A stretch of 64,000 nt of DNA from Amoeboaphelidium protococcarum X5 (lineage: Eukaryota > Fungi > Aphelidiomycota). Below are positions 19,830 through 39,806 of this stretch, piece after piece. A program made the translations under genes and the position numbers. The stretch covers positions 1,217,580 to 1,281,579 of the forward strand of contig JALDTO010000266.1 in assembly GCA_023515725.1 (NCBI GenBank), in the 5' to 3' direction. Under the pieces are notes generated by a model. It ran no database searches. It worked only from the letters and a program-made list of their open reading frames with translations, and was not told where the DNA came from. Position 1 is the stretch's first letter. Each line of letters begins with the position of its first letter.

Positions 19830-21179
19830 TTTGTTTAAAGAAGAAAAATTCGTCAAATCTTGCCCAGTCACATTGAGGATTTCGTTTATCGCTCGCAGTG
19901 CCCAGCACGGAGAGCATTTCTATTTTTTTCTTTTGACAGCTTTTTTTGTAAGTAACGGTCTTGCCAATTAGCGTAGAGAATCGCGTCACCATTCAATTAT
20001 AGCACTAAACTTTGAAACTGACCAACCAGAATAATGCATTACGATCAGTCAATGCACGTGTGTTTTACTTAAACACTATTTTTTTAACAGTGGGGGCATG
20101 TCGCAGCGGGGCGCGCCATGCTACGGGCTTTGGATTCATCCAACTAGTAGGTATATACAGTAGATGGCGATTAGTTAGACTGATGATATGAGTGTTATTT
20201 TAAACGTGTATAGTTTACGCGACGACATGTGCAGTTTTCGCATTGTGACAAGAACACACGATAGAGTGGATCTAATGCTAAAACGTGTTAATTGCGTCCG
20301 AAACTCTAGCAACTATATACGGATATTGATTGCATCGGGTCAGTTTCAGATATAATTTCAGCTATATACGAGGCATGTGTCGTCTTGACTTTCTGATTAG
20401 TTTTGTCGATTCTTTTAATACGGTGACAGCTGTACTAGATTTCGCGCTCGAAGGCGCAGTAGTTTCACATTGACGACGACTTTCAGTACTGTATTTTAAT
20501 GGTATGAGTGATGCATTAGCTTGTAAGGAGCGGAAATGCATGAATACTGTTCTATTGTACTATACTAACTTATGTCAGGATGTGTTACACGTTTTTACAG
20601 TGGGACGATATAAAACGCGATAGAATGCGATTATGGTTGAGTTTGGTGTGTTCTGGGCCCTTTATTCATTTTCATTACGGCCGCTATGTATATTCAAATC
20701 ACTGCACGGCAGCTTGCCAATGTTAAGAATAATATAAGATAGTGAAGTGAATATGAGATATAACAAGTATATTTACAGCTGTTTCAACTCTTGTGTGATA
20801 AAAAGAGAGAGTGGTTGATTGAAAAAAGTCAACAATGTTTCAGCTCACCAGATATCGTTAATATACAATTGAAATGACAGAGTAAGTAACAGCTGGAAAA
20901 TCACTATTCATAATAAAGCGTGTAGATTTAAAGTATTTTATTTTGAATTTACTCGCACCAATTCAACAGTAAAATCTTCAAATTTGGATTACCCGCAGAT
21001 TTGTTATTTCAATCGCGTGCATTGGCCGTTTCAATCACTATCTCTCTCGCTCTCGCCCTTTCCTAACACACTCTCTTTTTTTCTTCTTCACTTTGCTTCA
21101 TAGGTCTTTCTCTTTGAAACAACAAGAACTTTTCCACGTCCACGCTAAATATCACCTTTACGTAATACTTTTTAAAATT

Positions 21180-22847
21180 ATGACGCTGGCGTTTGACTAG
21201 TAAAAGATAACAGCTGGATTGAACAAGCACAAGAGCAAGGAAGAATTCAAAGTGGTCTATGGCACTGCTGGGTTCAGAATGGACAGTTCCCTATTGGATG
21301 CCATAATGTTCAAGGTTGGCATTGTTGCTGCATTGCGTTCAAAATCTCTCTGTGGTCAAGCAGTCGGTGTCATGATCACTGCCAGTCATAATCCATCTCA
21401 TGATAATGGAGTCAAAATTGTGGAGCCTATGGGCGATATGCTTGTGCCTGAATGGGAGAAAATTGCAACTGACCTGTGTAACGTTTATCGAGCAGACGAT
21501 TTCCCAACCTCAGTGTTCAAGATCATCTCTGATAATTCGATTGACTCCAACAAGAAGACGGTGGTCATAGTTGGAAAGGATACTCGTCCCTCTGGAGAAC
21601 GATTGTTGAATGCACTTTTAGATGGCATTTACTGTTTCTCCAACGTTGAAGTTGTTAACATCGGTGACTGCACCACTCCTCAGCTGCATTATATGGTTAG
21701 GACTCGTAATGATCCGGTATATGGTGATAACTCTCTTGATGGTTATTACAAAAAGTTGTCAGCTGCTTATAATTCCCTTACTTCAGACTGTGTAGTGGAT
21801 GCGAGTACATAGTAGTTGATTATAGATGGCGCTAATGGTATCGGTAGTGTCATTGTCAAGTAGTTTATTCCGTACTTGAATACTTCTGGACACATCAAAG
21901 TTGTAAATAGTCTAGTTGACTAGCCAGAGAAGTTGAATAGTGATTGTGGAAGTGATTATGTCAAGGTTGGCTAGAAGCTTCCTAGCTAGATCAGTAATGA
22001 GGACTTTGTGCAAAAGTATTCTGTTCGCTGCTGTTCTTTTGATGGCGATGCTGACCGTGTTGTCTATTATTTTGTTGAGAATGGACAATTTCAGCTTTTG
22101 GATGGTGATTATTTGAGTGCTCTGTATGCATCATTTATTAGCTAGTTGTTGGCACAGATTCCTTAACTGAGTAAGGTGACCGTGGGAGTTGTGTAAACTG
22201 CGTACGCCAATGGTGCATCCACTAGGTATTTTAACTCTATCAAGGTGCCTGTCGTTTGTACGAGCACTGGTGTTAAGCATCTGCATCATGAAGCGTAGCA
22301 ATTTGGCATTGGAGTGTATTTCGAGGCAAATGGGCATGGAACTGTCTTATTTAGTGAAGAGACTGTAAAGTATATTAAGACTTTGTGCAAAGATGACAAG
22401 CTGAGCAGTGAAGAGAAGAAGGCTGTGAATTAGTTGCATAACGTGTTGAACGTAATCAATTAGACTGTAGGAGATGCGTTAAGTGACATGCTGCTAGTGG
22501 AGGCTATCATGCACATTCGCAAATGGTCTTGTGCTCAGTGGAAGAGATTGTACTCTGACATGCCGAACAAGTTGCTTAAAGTCAAAGTGGTCGATAGATC
22601 TGCATTCAAAGCTATAGATGCTGATAGAAAATTAGTTGCTCCATCAGGCCTGCAATAAAAGATTGACCAAGTGGTTGCCAAATACTCTAATAAGAATGCC
22701 AGATCATTTGTTCGTCCATCTGGCACTGAAGATTACATAAGAGTTTATGCTGAGGCTGACGATCAAGACACCGTGGATAAACTTGGATCATAGATCTCTT
22801 AGTTGGTATATGACTTTGGCGGAGGCGTAGGTGATCGTCCACTATGA
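21180..22847 (+). CDS. PCM1: Phosphoacetylglucosamine mutase
   Basis: [69 protein letters not shown]. Confidence 0.95.
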
Positions 22848-23096
22848 CTTTGACTTTGATGGGTGAATTATAATTAGGCGTTATCTAGTCGTTACTTTTA
22901 CATTACTTTAATCTTGACAATTTTTTGATAATGCAAGAGCCATGTGGAGAAAAGCGGCGCTTTCGATGTAATATCTAAGCCACTTTGCCTTTAAGGATTG
23001 GCGATTGATAGGCTTATCTTTCGCTCTCACTTGTCTCTTCACAACATCATCCATTCACTCATTACAATAAAGCCATCTAATCAGAAACAAAATAAT

Positions 23097-24152
23097 ATGA
23101 TTACATTCAACGCGTGTTTATTCGTGTTAATCTTGATGATGCCGACTATCATCCACGGTACTCGTCCTGGTGATGAATACTGGAGCGATAGGGGCACATC
23201 AATCGGCCAGTAAGAACGACTACGCGCTCTCAATGACATTATTAATAATGATAGTAACAACAATGATCGTGTAAGAATTGCTTAGAGTAGACTGTAAGTT
23301 TTTAGAAGGTAGATGCAGCCAGGTGCTAATGACAATGATCTAGAATCTGCTTTCCATTTTGGAGTACCACGTGATTTGCGTGATCAAACTATAAGACAGC
23401 TGATGGGACCACCGCCTGCTTAGCAATAAGCCGCACCAAGGGTCATGGTTGATGCCAGTACCTAAATTGATGTTGATTTAGTTGAATAAATTGAAAAAGA
23501 AGAAGCTGAATAAAACAGAGTGGTCTTACCAGCGGCAAACGCTGGAGAGGATTTCCAGGTTGAAATGACTCCCCCACAATAAGAAGATCCTGATGAGGTG
23601 TACGTGAATTCCATGGTGGCCGGCATTTTTGATCGCGCGATCGAGTTCGATAAGTCCAAACAGGCAGTTGAGATTTACTTTCCAGAGTGGTTTCTTAATA
23701 TAAAGCCTTTGCTGTTCACTATCAAGTACTATTCTTAGTAAGACGTGCTAAGAATTAGCTGGAATGTTGCCAAGATCAAAAGTACAGCTAATAATCTACG
23801 CTATAAGGCGTGTCGTACGTACAAAAAGTTGCGTTGCTAGTAAGTGCCATCTATTATGAATAAGATAAGCGTCACCATCGCGATCGAAAATAAACCCGAT
23901 ATCAATCTGTATCGCACTCCAGATTTACTTAAAGGCTACTATGACATTGAAGATTATGCGTATATACATGGTCTAGACAAACATCTTACTACTGGTACCG
24001 TGAAAGCTGCGTATCATCACGGTAAATCTCTGTTCAGCAATGATGAGTTGGGCGATTGGAAAGCATCCAGTCTGGCGGGCAAAACTGAAGTAGTCGCTCA
24101 GCGCAAGTTTGTGGTCTCTGCTCAAAAATTGGAATTTTATTACAAATATTGA
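23097..24152 (+). CDS. Secreted protein of unknown function (351 aa), effector candidate
   Basis: Signal peptide MITFNACLFVLILMMPTIIHG; continuous frame to TGA with TAR=Gln; no recognisable domain. Confidence 0.7.
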
Positions 24153-24446
24153 ATAAATTATCAGTACTTACCATCTTACTTTCATATAGCATTTTTAAAG
24201 ACTCTATAAATATATTTCGGGATTATCAAAAGGTGTTGCTAAATGAGTTCAACGGTTATATTTTAGGCGCGCTGTGACTATAATGGGGACGAATGCTTAC
24301 CACAAATAGGTCCATAAACTCTGAAATAGCAACACCCTACACTATAAAAGCGATAAAATTATAACCATCTCTTTCTTCTTCTTCTCATACAAACAATAAT
24401 AATAATATCAAAGCTGCTTAAATCTAAATATCAAAAACTATCGAAA

Positions 24447-25163
24447 ATGAACAGTCTACTAAGAGCAGTGATTGCCGTTGCATTGTTTCAAGTCGCTCAC
24501 TCTGCTGAATTGTCAAATGGTAAAATCGCTTGGACCAACGATCCTGCAAAGACCTCTCTGACTAAATCTGATGATCCTCTCACTACAATTTATGCTCTGC
24601 CAAGTGGTGGTCAGCCTAAAGGTGCACAGATCCTCTACTAGTAGTTGACGCGTAATCCTAAAGACTAGCCGCTGGTAACTGTGTACCTGGTAAACTCGTT
24701 TTATGGAATCAACATTGCAATGTAGAGAGGCTTCGACATGGTAAGTCAAAAATGCTCCTGCTACTGGGTTGATGCGTAGATGCTGATTAATCACAAACTG
24801 CCTTCCAGCTCACAGTACCGTGTTGTTTTCCAGAGCTCCAATGGTGAAGTCAACCTGCAGTCTGGTGTTTTTGCAATGTCTTGGTCCACACAGCTGGTTG
24901 AGGGAGAGAGAAAAGAGTATACTGCTCCTCCTGCCACGGTCTATGACTTTGACGTTACTGCCAATGATCTGAATACACTGAACAATAATAACAACAAGAA
25001 CGATAACAAGAACACTGGCGCTCCAGCAGTACAGGCCCCATAATCCTATGATGGCGACAATAAGGCTGCAGTGACTCCGATTCCAAGCTCATCCGTATCA
25101 GTCCTTGGAAGTGGATATGCTCTGTCGATAGTTTTGATGTTAACTGCTTTGATTCTCAACTGA
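24447..25163 (+). CDS. Putative secreted GPI-anchored surface protein (CSC-motif family, paralog of 2480..3226)
   Basis: Signal peptide MNSLLRAVIAVALFQVAHSA; N/P/S-rich stalk; hydrophobic tail GYALSIVLMLTALILN*. Confidence 0.75.
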
Positions 25164-25315
25164 TTAAAATTAAAATTGATATCTACATTCATTCAATCTT
25201 TTATATTTTTATTGTCTAGTATTGAATACTAGGCATCCATCAATAATCTTCAACGAACGAAATTAAGATTGAAAATTATCATAATCTATTCAACAAACAC
25301 TTGATGTTATCAATA

Positions 25316-25894
25316 TCACTACTGGAGATTATCTAAATGCTACTGCACCAAGTACTCTTTCATGGGATCTTCCAAATCTAGTCCCAACTTTATGGCAATC
25401 TCATCAATTTTGTCTATTCCATCATCTTCTACCGATTACGAACCTTCAGTATAATTTTCCAACTCAATTTACGATACATTCAGTTGAGATCGACCATTCG
25501 ATACACTTATCCTATGTTTGGGATAACGATAATCACGAACATGGTCCACTTTGACGCGTCGTTCGCACAGCTCAACTCCAGAGAAATTATCCACTGCTAA
25601 AGCACAGCTTCTTGCATCTTCATATTTCAGGTAGGCATATAAGCTTCTACTCTACGCGACTTATGGAACACCTTCGTGAGATTGAGAGTATGGCCGCTGG
25701 TTGTAATGAGTATTATCTCTACCGACTCTATGGGCGTCTGGAACTTTCAGATCGAAATCTATAATCTCGCCATACTGAGAGAACATGACAAGAACTTGCT
25801 ACCACGTGACACTTGGAGCCAAATTTCCAATGAAAATCCATTAGCTGTCGGCGTATGTCTCATGCCAACTGCCTCCTTCAAGTCCACGCGACAT
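25316..25894 (-). CDS. IST3: RES complex RRM protein Ist3/Snu17/RBMX2, divergent
   Basis: SWHETYADSQWIFIGNL, FSQYGEI, YLKYEDARSCALAVDNFSG, VKVDHVRDY, EDPMKEYL. Confidence 0.85.
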
Positions 25895-26034
25895 ATATAG
25901 ATATAATTCGATTGTTGATTACAAATGAGTATTTTCGTGTGAGAATCGCTCTTGAAAACGCGATAAAGAAGTTCTAACGCTCTCCCTTGATCATCAAATC
26001 TTCTTGCTTTGATCGCGGCTTTAAAAAAGACAGT

Positions 26035-26928
26035 ATGGACGCTATTAAAGCTGAAATTGCTAGAAAAAAGAAAGAGGCATAATAACAACTGCGTGCTTCT
26101 AAATAGGGACCAGATACTCAGGAAATTCATTAGAAAACGGACACTGCCTCTGTTAACTCCCTTTAAGAGGCAGATAATGGTCCTCTCACTGTTAATAATT
26201 AATAAGATCAATCGAACGATGATGATGATGATAGTGGCAAGTCTAACAATGCTGATAGTATCTCCAGTTCATAGATTAACGATATCAGTGGTAGTATAAA
26301 TGATGAGTCTTTACATAAAGAATAATCAGAGTAGTCTAAAGATAAGCAGCTAGTGATTTAAAAGTATGAGTCTGAATTTTCAAGCATTAGCAAAACACTC
26401 GCGATTAACGACCCTTCCAAGTGCCAGAAACTGTTATACGTGTACTTTAAAAAGCTGCTAATGGAATGGGAGGAATACATTACGGTCAAGGAGGAGGAGG
26501 AAGCATCATCGGCAGCTGACACTGGTGAAAAGAATAAAGACTTAGTGGCTGAAAGGAAACTCTTCATCACTAGTCAAGATTATATGAAGCCATTCTTTCA
26601 TATGCTCAAGGCCAAGAAGATGGAAGGTGAGATTCTGCAACACGTCGCGTGCATTGCCCAGAATATATTTGCGTGTGATTTCGCGAAAGCCCTCGATTAT
26701 TACATGAAGCTTAGCATTGGGAACAAAGCCTGGCCCATTGGGATCACCGCTGCCATTTTGCACGAACGTAAAGCTCTGGACAGAATCAGCGGACGGAATA
26801 TTTCTCATCCGCTAAACAACGAGACGGTTCGTCGATGGGTGCAGTGCTTGAAACGGCTGATCACATTTAAAGAGAAGATACACCACTCTGCTGATGTGAA
26901 CGTTGATGTTTATGTGAGTAAATAATGA
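26035..26928 (+). CDS. PRP18: Pre-mRNA splicing factor Prp18
   Basis: MDAIKAEIARKKK N-terminus; YMKPFF, YMKLSIGNKAWPIGIT...HER, HPLNNETVRRWVQCLKRLIT; ends TAA(Q) TGA. Confidence 0.9.
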
Positions 26929-27159
26929 ATATATTTTTCTAATCTCTTTAAAGAGTACGCAGTCAAAGTCTTAAGGTGGTAAGGTGGGTAGTCTTAGTCG
27001 AACTAAACGGTTTCAGTTCAAAATAATAGCGTTCATAAAATGCAAACGTTGTAGAATTTCTTCATGCCGGAAGTGAGTGCAGTGCTCTAGGTGGAAATCA
27101 GAAAGAAGGCTAGGGACCGCCGAAATTACTGCTCAGTAAATTCATTACTTCAATAATCA

Positions 27160-27780
27160 TCATTCGAGTTGGCATAGAAAGTTGACAACTTGATCAGCGG
27201 ACGGTCTTTGCATGTAGTCCTGACAATAAGCGGCATTCATAATGGTGATTATTCTTCTCACCGTCTCATCATCAGCGATTTTTACATTCAACGGAGGCCG
27301 CTCACCTCTCAACACCATTTACACATCTACTGATTTTATTCCAGCTACTGGGAAGTGGGTCACCCTCCTATTGCAGAGCTTAACAGTTCGGCATGCGCCA
27401 CATCAACATTGAGCCCTCCCGAAGTTAATCAGTGGATGTTGATGCAGCATGCGCTCAAACAGTAAGATGCAGCCTTGGCCCGTAGACAGTCAACCCGTAG
27501 GATGTCAAGACAATAGGCGGAACATGATAAACCCAAACTACATATACACACAAATAACTCTGCGTAGAAAATCTGCGTTAAACTTACCGCTGCATGCTTG
27601 TTAATCTATTTGTAAACCAAATCTTTAGAATGATCATCCAAAGCAGTTAACCAGAAGACCATTGTGCATAATCCGATAAATAATGAGGTTCTACTTGTAC
27701 AGATACGAGATCAAAAGCAGAGAAGAAAGCGGCTGGCGATATCAAACTTTTACTGAGACTGATACATCACACTGAACACT
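27160..27780 (-). pseudogene. Degenerate protein kinase (TKL-like C-lobe) remnant
   Basis: C-terminus ...VLRGERPPL...IITIMNAAYCQDYMQRPSADQVVNFL* matches kinase subdomains X-XI; upstream SYLYKQNLIIYRIMHNGLLV looks like an eroded catalytic loop, followed by an in-frame TGA. Confidence 0.5.
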
Positions 27781-28612
27781 CATCAGAACCAGTTGTTACA
27801 CACGCGAATCACAAAGTGACGTGGTCAACAGGCATCAAAAACATTGCAGACACACTTATAATACAAAGACTTTTATTGGACGTATTCATAAATGACTGTA
27901 ATCCTTAAGAATAAAATAAGCCATTTATAGTCTATCAGCACGATAATGATAATAAGGCGTGGATGGAGAGGGGGGAAAGTGAAAGTGGAAGGTTGTCAAA
28001 ATTGAGTAAATCTCAAGTGACAAAGAGATCGCGTCATTTGCTAAAGCTATCTATTATCATAACGTTAATGAATTCTAAGATTGAAAAATTTAATATAGTA
28101 TTTGATTTTCTTAGTAAAGAATGCAGTGCTGTTAAGCTTGGTATTTAATCACAATGAGAAAGAGAAGATTGATAATCAAGATCTGTGTCACTATCAGTGA
28201 TCAGCCTATCATAAGAGGCTTCTCTAACTACATTGTTACACGACTAATCAGATTGCGTAGAATAACACAACTCAAATTCCAACAATTTATGATCAGGAAC
28301 CTTTGCAAAATGGATCTCATCGCTATAGCTGCGTGTATTAACACTGCGCATATTCTTTCCGCGTCTCGTTTGCGAGCGATATCGGCGCGCGTGTCAGAGG
28401 CAGTCTGTTAGAAGAAAAAACTCGAAAAAAATTTATTTCCGTCGGAACTTTTGAAGATTCATTCACCAACGGCGTGTCTTCTTTCCCATTCTCTCATTTA
28501 CTCTTCTTGCTCACATATTGTAATAATAACTTTTTACCAATAATTTTAATTAATTTGACTCTCATTTGAGTTGCTTTGGACTAGATTTCTGGATAGAGTA
28601 CACTTCTTTGTG

Positions 28613-35338
<6,726 letters not shown>

Positions 35339-35478
35339 ACTGTATCTTTAAAGTGACTGCTGATTCTGTATTCATAACAATAGTGTAAACAAAATTTAAA
35401 TATATATATTGTTATCATTACATTGATCATATTCTATTCATTATTATGAACATCCTGCGTCTCTACAGTATCAAAGAC

Positions 35479-36585
35479 TCACATTTGATCCATTTTATCA
35501 GCCAGGTGATGATTAAAGTCGCGATGACTAGCTTCATCTGCTCTCACAGCCAATACAACATCGTACAACTTGGCATCAGATTGTAGATTCCAATACTTGA
35601 TTGCAAACTATGGTGCAGGAACATTTTCTATATTACCGCGCTCAATTTCCTAGGCAAATGCTGTATAACTGATGATAGCCTGAGATTCAAGGTGGCCCAC
35701 TACTCGATGACAGGTGCGAGGCGCAACTAGATACATTATAAAGTATGCGCCGAAAAAGAGTGCCTACACTGAACTCACTAGAAATCTATCGAATAGATTC
35801 GGCTTTGCAATTGCCAGCCATGTGATCAAATGCATACGTTCATTCTCAGCCTCGTGGATCAGGTGATGAATGACCGCATCATTTAGCACGTATAAGTTGC
35901 GCAAACTGTCTAGATGTCTCAGCAGTCCACTGACAAATCCAGGAACTGCAGCAACGGATTCTAAAAGTAGAGCTCGATGCAAGTACCGCTTCCCGAAGAA
36001 TATATCAGAAGGCTTTCTCAGAGCCATAACAATTGCAAGCGCAACTCGATCACTTGTACATTATGGTTGATGGTGGAAGTCTTCGCCGATGTCCATCTCT
36101 TAAAGGCAGCGCGTACTTAGAGGAGCATTAGCATTATTATAGTTTTACTATTAAAACTCTGATCTTACAGGCAGTAATGGTGGATCTACTGGTAGTTTGT
36201 ATTTGTACTAGCGCGATGTAGTTCTGATCATAGCTTCTGCTTTACCACCGGTGTTCTAGTTGTGCTTCTAAAGCATTGTTTCAACTTAAGGTGCTCCACC
36301 TTACCGATCATTATCATTGTCTTCACTGATGGCATCAATCTACTATTTCAGGGCCACGGCACTTTGCTTTACCACCTAAGTAGACTTATAGCGGTACTTG
36401 ATAGTTTAAAGATAGTTCTGGGATGGAACTTGTGATACAACGTTATGATTACCAACGGCGCGCTACGAGGAGTGTCCAATCAGTATACGGGAAGCGCTAA
36501 ACTTCCTGGCAATAAACATTCTCTTGCCAATATCGCGATACTTGGTAGCAGCTGAGTTCATTGCATTACAACTTTTAAAAGACAT
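35479..36585 (-). CDS. AOX: Alternative oxidase (start codon uncertain)
   Basis: [52 protein letters not shown]. Confidence 0.92.
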
Positions 36586-36968
36586 CTGAAAGACACAGTT
36601 AATTGAATATACTTTGTAAGATGTTATATCATTTAGAACAGAGTAAATCACGAACGACCTTCATCGATTACCAGCAGCCATTGAAATTTCATGCCTCCAA
36701 CATCGATCATGTCGACATTGTTGTTTGATCGTGTTCTCTTTCACAATTACTCCACACGATCCCGTTGATAATTGAGCCATTTCATCGGGACAATCCATTG
36801 AGGAATTTCACGCGTCAAGATTTGATCTTAGTTGTCAATGTTGAACTGCTGGTATAAGTACTATAACTGATAAGTGTTCGTTCATGATAAGTTCTAGTTA
36901 AACACAATCTAAAACGTTTAAAACTGTATATCTATAATGGATTTTATTTTTCCAACCATAAATTGGTG

Positions 36969-39386
36969 TCATATTAGTGACTGAGAATTATCATCTAAAG
37001 CATTCGCCAACTTATTCTAACGTCTCTACTGCTTCAGTGCTTCTATCCGAGCTCTATGCTCTTCACGTTTCTTCTCCAAATCACTATTAGGCTGTTGGTA
37101 AAAGCCTGAAATATCCTTTTACACTTGTTGTTATTGCTATTATGATTACTATTACTATGAAGCATTTCCATTAAACTAACTGTCTAATGAGAGTTCACTA
37201 AACACCTGAGAAGTCAGCTACTATGCACCACCACTACCACCTAATTACATGCCACTCTTCTGCATTCCAGGCAATTTCAAGACCATGGAACTGTCTTGGC
37301 TGCTCACACTTTTCTGATTGAAGGAATCTAAATCTCCCCAGTCATCGCTATCAACATCAGGTGCGACATTAACTTTTAATTCCGTCTTACTATTACCAAG
37401 CGTATCGTGACTGTACTTGGTTAGTTAACTTGGAGATATCATCGACCCGAATCCCAAACTTTAACTTTGCGCTTGGCTTTTTGAAGCTTCTCCGTTCATA
37501 ACTTATTGCTGCTATTATTACTACTATTATTGTTACAAAGATTGAGGCTATTATCGCACAGATTCGGTCCTCTCTTATTCAGGTTATTATGAAGGCATTT
37601 GTTCAGCGTGCTACTCAAGCTTACCCAAGTACACTCGTATGAGTTTAAAAGATGCATCGCGAACAGACTTAGCCGAGTCAACTAACAGAGGTACCACCAC
37701 AGGCATAATCTTGGATGCTTGATCTGCAGCAGTATAGTACTCAGCAGTAGCTGTAAGAGCAGACAGAGCAGCCGTCCTGGCAGGTACAAAAGGATCTTTC
37801 AAGGATCGACAGAAGCTCTGGATAAGCAACTTCTTCCTAGTCTACTCAGACATAAACTTACATATCTTACCCAAACAAATAACAGTATTAGCGCGTATGG
37901 CAGCTTCCTGATCCATCTAACATTTTTCCAAACATTAAACCAGCTCAGTGTTGATACTCCTCTCGCTAAGATACTCTACAATCACAACGAGGGATTTCAA
38001 AGAAGCTTCACGCACCACAGGTATTTGATCATTAAAGCCATTCACTAAATTGGGGAAAATCTTGTCATTTATCACAGATTTATCCAACTTTCCAATGTAC
38101 AAATGCAAAGACTCTAACAATGCAAGTCGTAGCTATCTATCATTCGATGCATACAATCGCGCAATGGAATCCTACATCTTGGTTCTAAATGTAACTTGAT
38201 CCTTAAGCACAGTATTCAGAATTAATACGATATAACTTGAGTCGAGAGAGCCGAATTCTACAGCATTACACAGAGCATCATTGACTTTAGTCTTGATGAA
38301 ATCGTCACTAATCTGCTTATTCTCAACCAGAGCGGTAAGTTGTTTACTAAACATTTTCTTTTACTTTGGAGAGGCAATAGTCACATTATCCAAAAATCTA
38401 GATACTTGAATGTACGGATTACTCTGAAAATATTGTGCTAATAATTCTGATCCATCACCTCCGTCCTAGGCTGCAATATTAACTATTGCAGAATTGGATA
38501 CAAAGCCTTTTAAATTTGGACGTACCAATGGATCACTATGAAGACACTTTTGCATAAATGCCCAAATGTCCGCAGGCACCTTCATCCGTCCACGTCCACG
38601 AATCTCCTCCGCAATAGACTATGAAGTGGTAAAATTATATTCACTGTGATTGAATATGACCCAGCACAGACAGGCAAGCATGAAGCTATCCACAGAGTGA
38701 AGTGGACTTTGACAATTTTTAATAGATTAGAAGGCAGACTAGTTGTTCTATAGAATCTCTTGTGGTAGATACTGCTTTACACCAGGCAGAAGATCATACT
38801 AGCTATACTACGTCCACAAATAATCTGTATCATTTTTCACAGAGCTCAACAACTCGAATCCAGCAACTTTCCATTCTCCACTAGGCGTCACAAAGATAGA
38901 AGACGGTCTAATGTTACAGTGAATAGATTGAGTCTCATTATGCAAGAAGATGAGAAACTGTGATACATTATACAAACCCCATATTAGAAGATCTTGGTGC
39001 AGAGATGAAGCTTTAGTTTTGAGGATACCAGTGAGTGGCTAAGCACGCTCAGTCATCACATACAAAGTATCATCCGTCTGGATAGAATCTATAATCTTGA
39101 GAGTGAGCGGATGTCGAATCGACTTCATCTTTCTAGCAGAGTTCTGTGCCATAACTTAGTCACTCCTCGCCTTGAATATCAACACCTTCTAACCATCATC
39201 CTTCTTGGTGCCATTCAGCACTGTCCACACAGATTCACCTGGCTCACTGACAGCACTTTCTACACACTATACAGTACTTGGATAACCGATATTCATTAGC
39301 CCCAATGTATAATACAACATACCGATAGAGTATGGGAACGTGGCAACTCCATAAACTTTATTAAAAGTTGATTTTAGAAAGTCCAT
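36969..39386 (-). CDS. CEX1: SCYL1/Cex1 pseudokinase with HEAT repeats; intron 39260..39322
   Basis: FPYSI, GTKKDDG, MKSIRHP, WKVAGFE, IRANTVICLGK, RSLKDPFVPARTAAL, basic C-terminal tail. Confidence 0.88.
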
Positions 39387-39806
39387 ACTATTAAATTATT
39401 AATGTTCTTTTAAAGAGCAATATCTTTTTCCACTATCGTAAAAGAACGCAATGCAACACTAAATAGGAGAGAAAAGAAGAATGTTCCGGTAAAGCTAAAC
39501 AACAGAAACGGAAAGACTGAGCAGCGATTCTGGAATGAAACACTTGTAAGAAGAAGGACCCTGTTAAGATTGACTCTTGTCCAACTTTAGGAAAAATTAT
39601 AGAGGGTGCAGAATAAATAAGAACTTTCAACTGGCGGCGATAGAATGACTTGAAACGAAAAGGTTTTTACAACTGCTGTAATGATTTAGATGGAGCCTCC
39701 ACTTTACTTCACTGGCAACTATAGAGAACGCGTCAGATATCGAATAAATATATAGAGAAACTTTAAGTAACTCGAGTATTGAACTACAAAGTGTATTCAA
39801 ATACGT

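Noticed and set aside
20050-20800. Possible ORFs of about 100 codons on both strands
   Set aside because: No recognisable domain, and ORFs of this length are expected by chance when only TGA is a stop.
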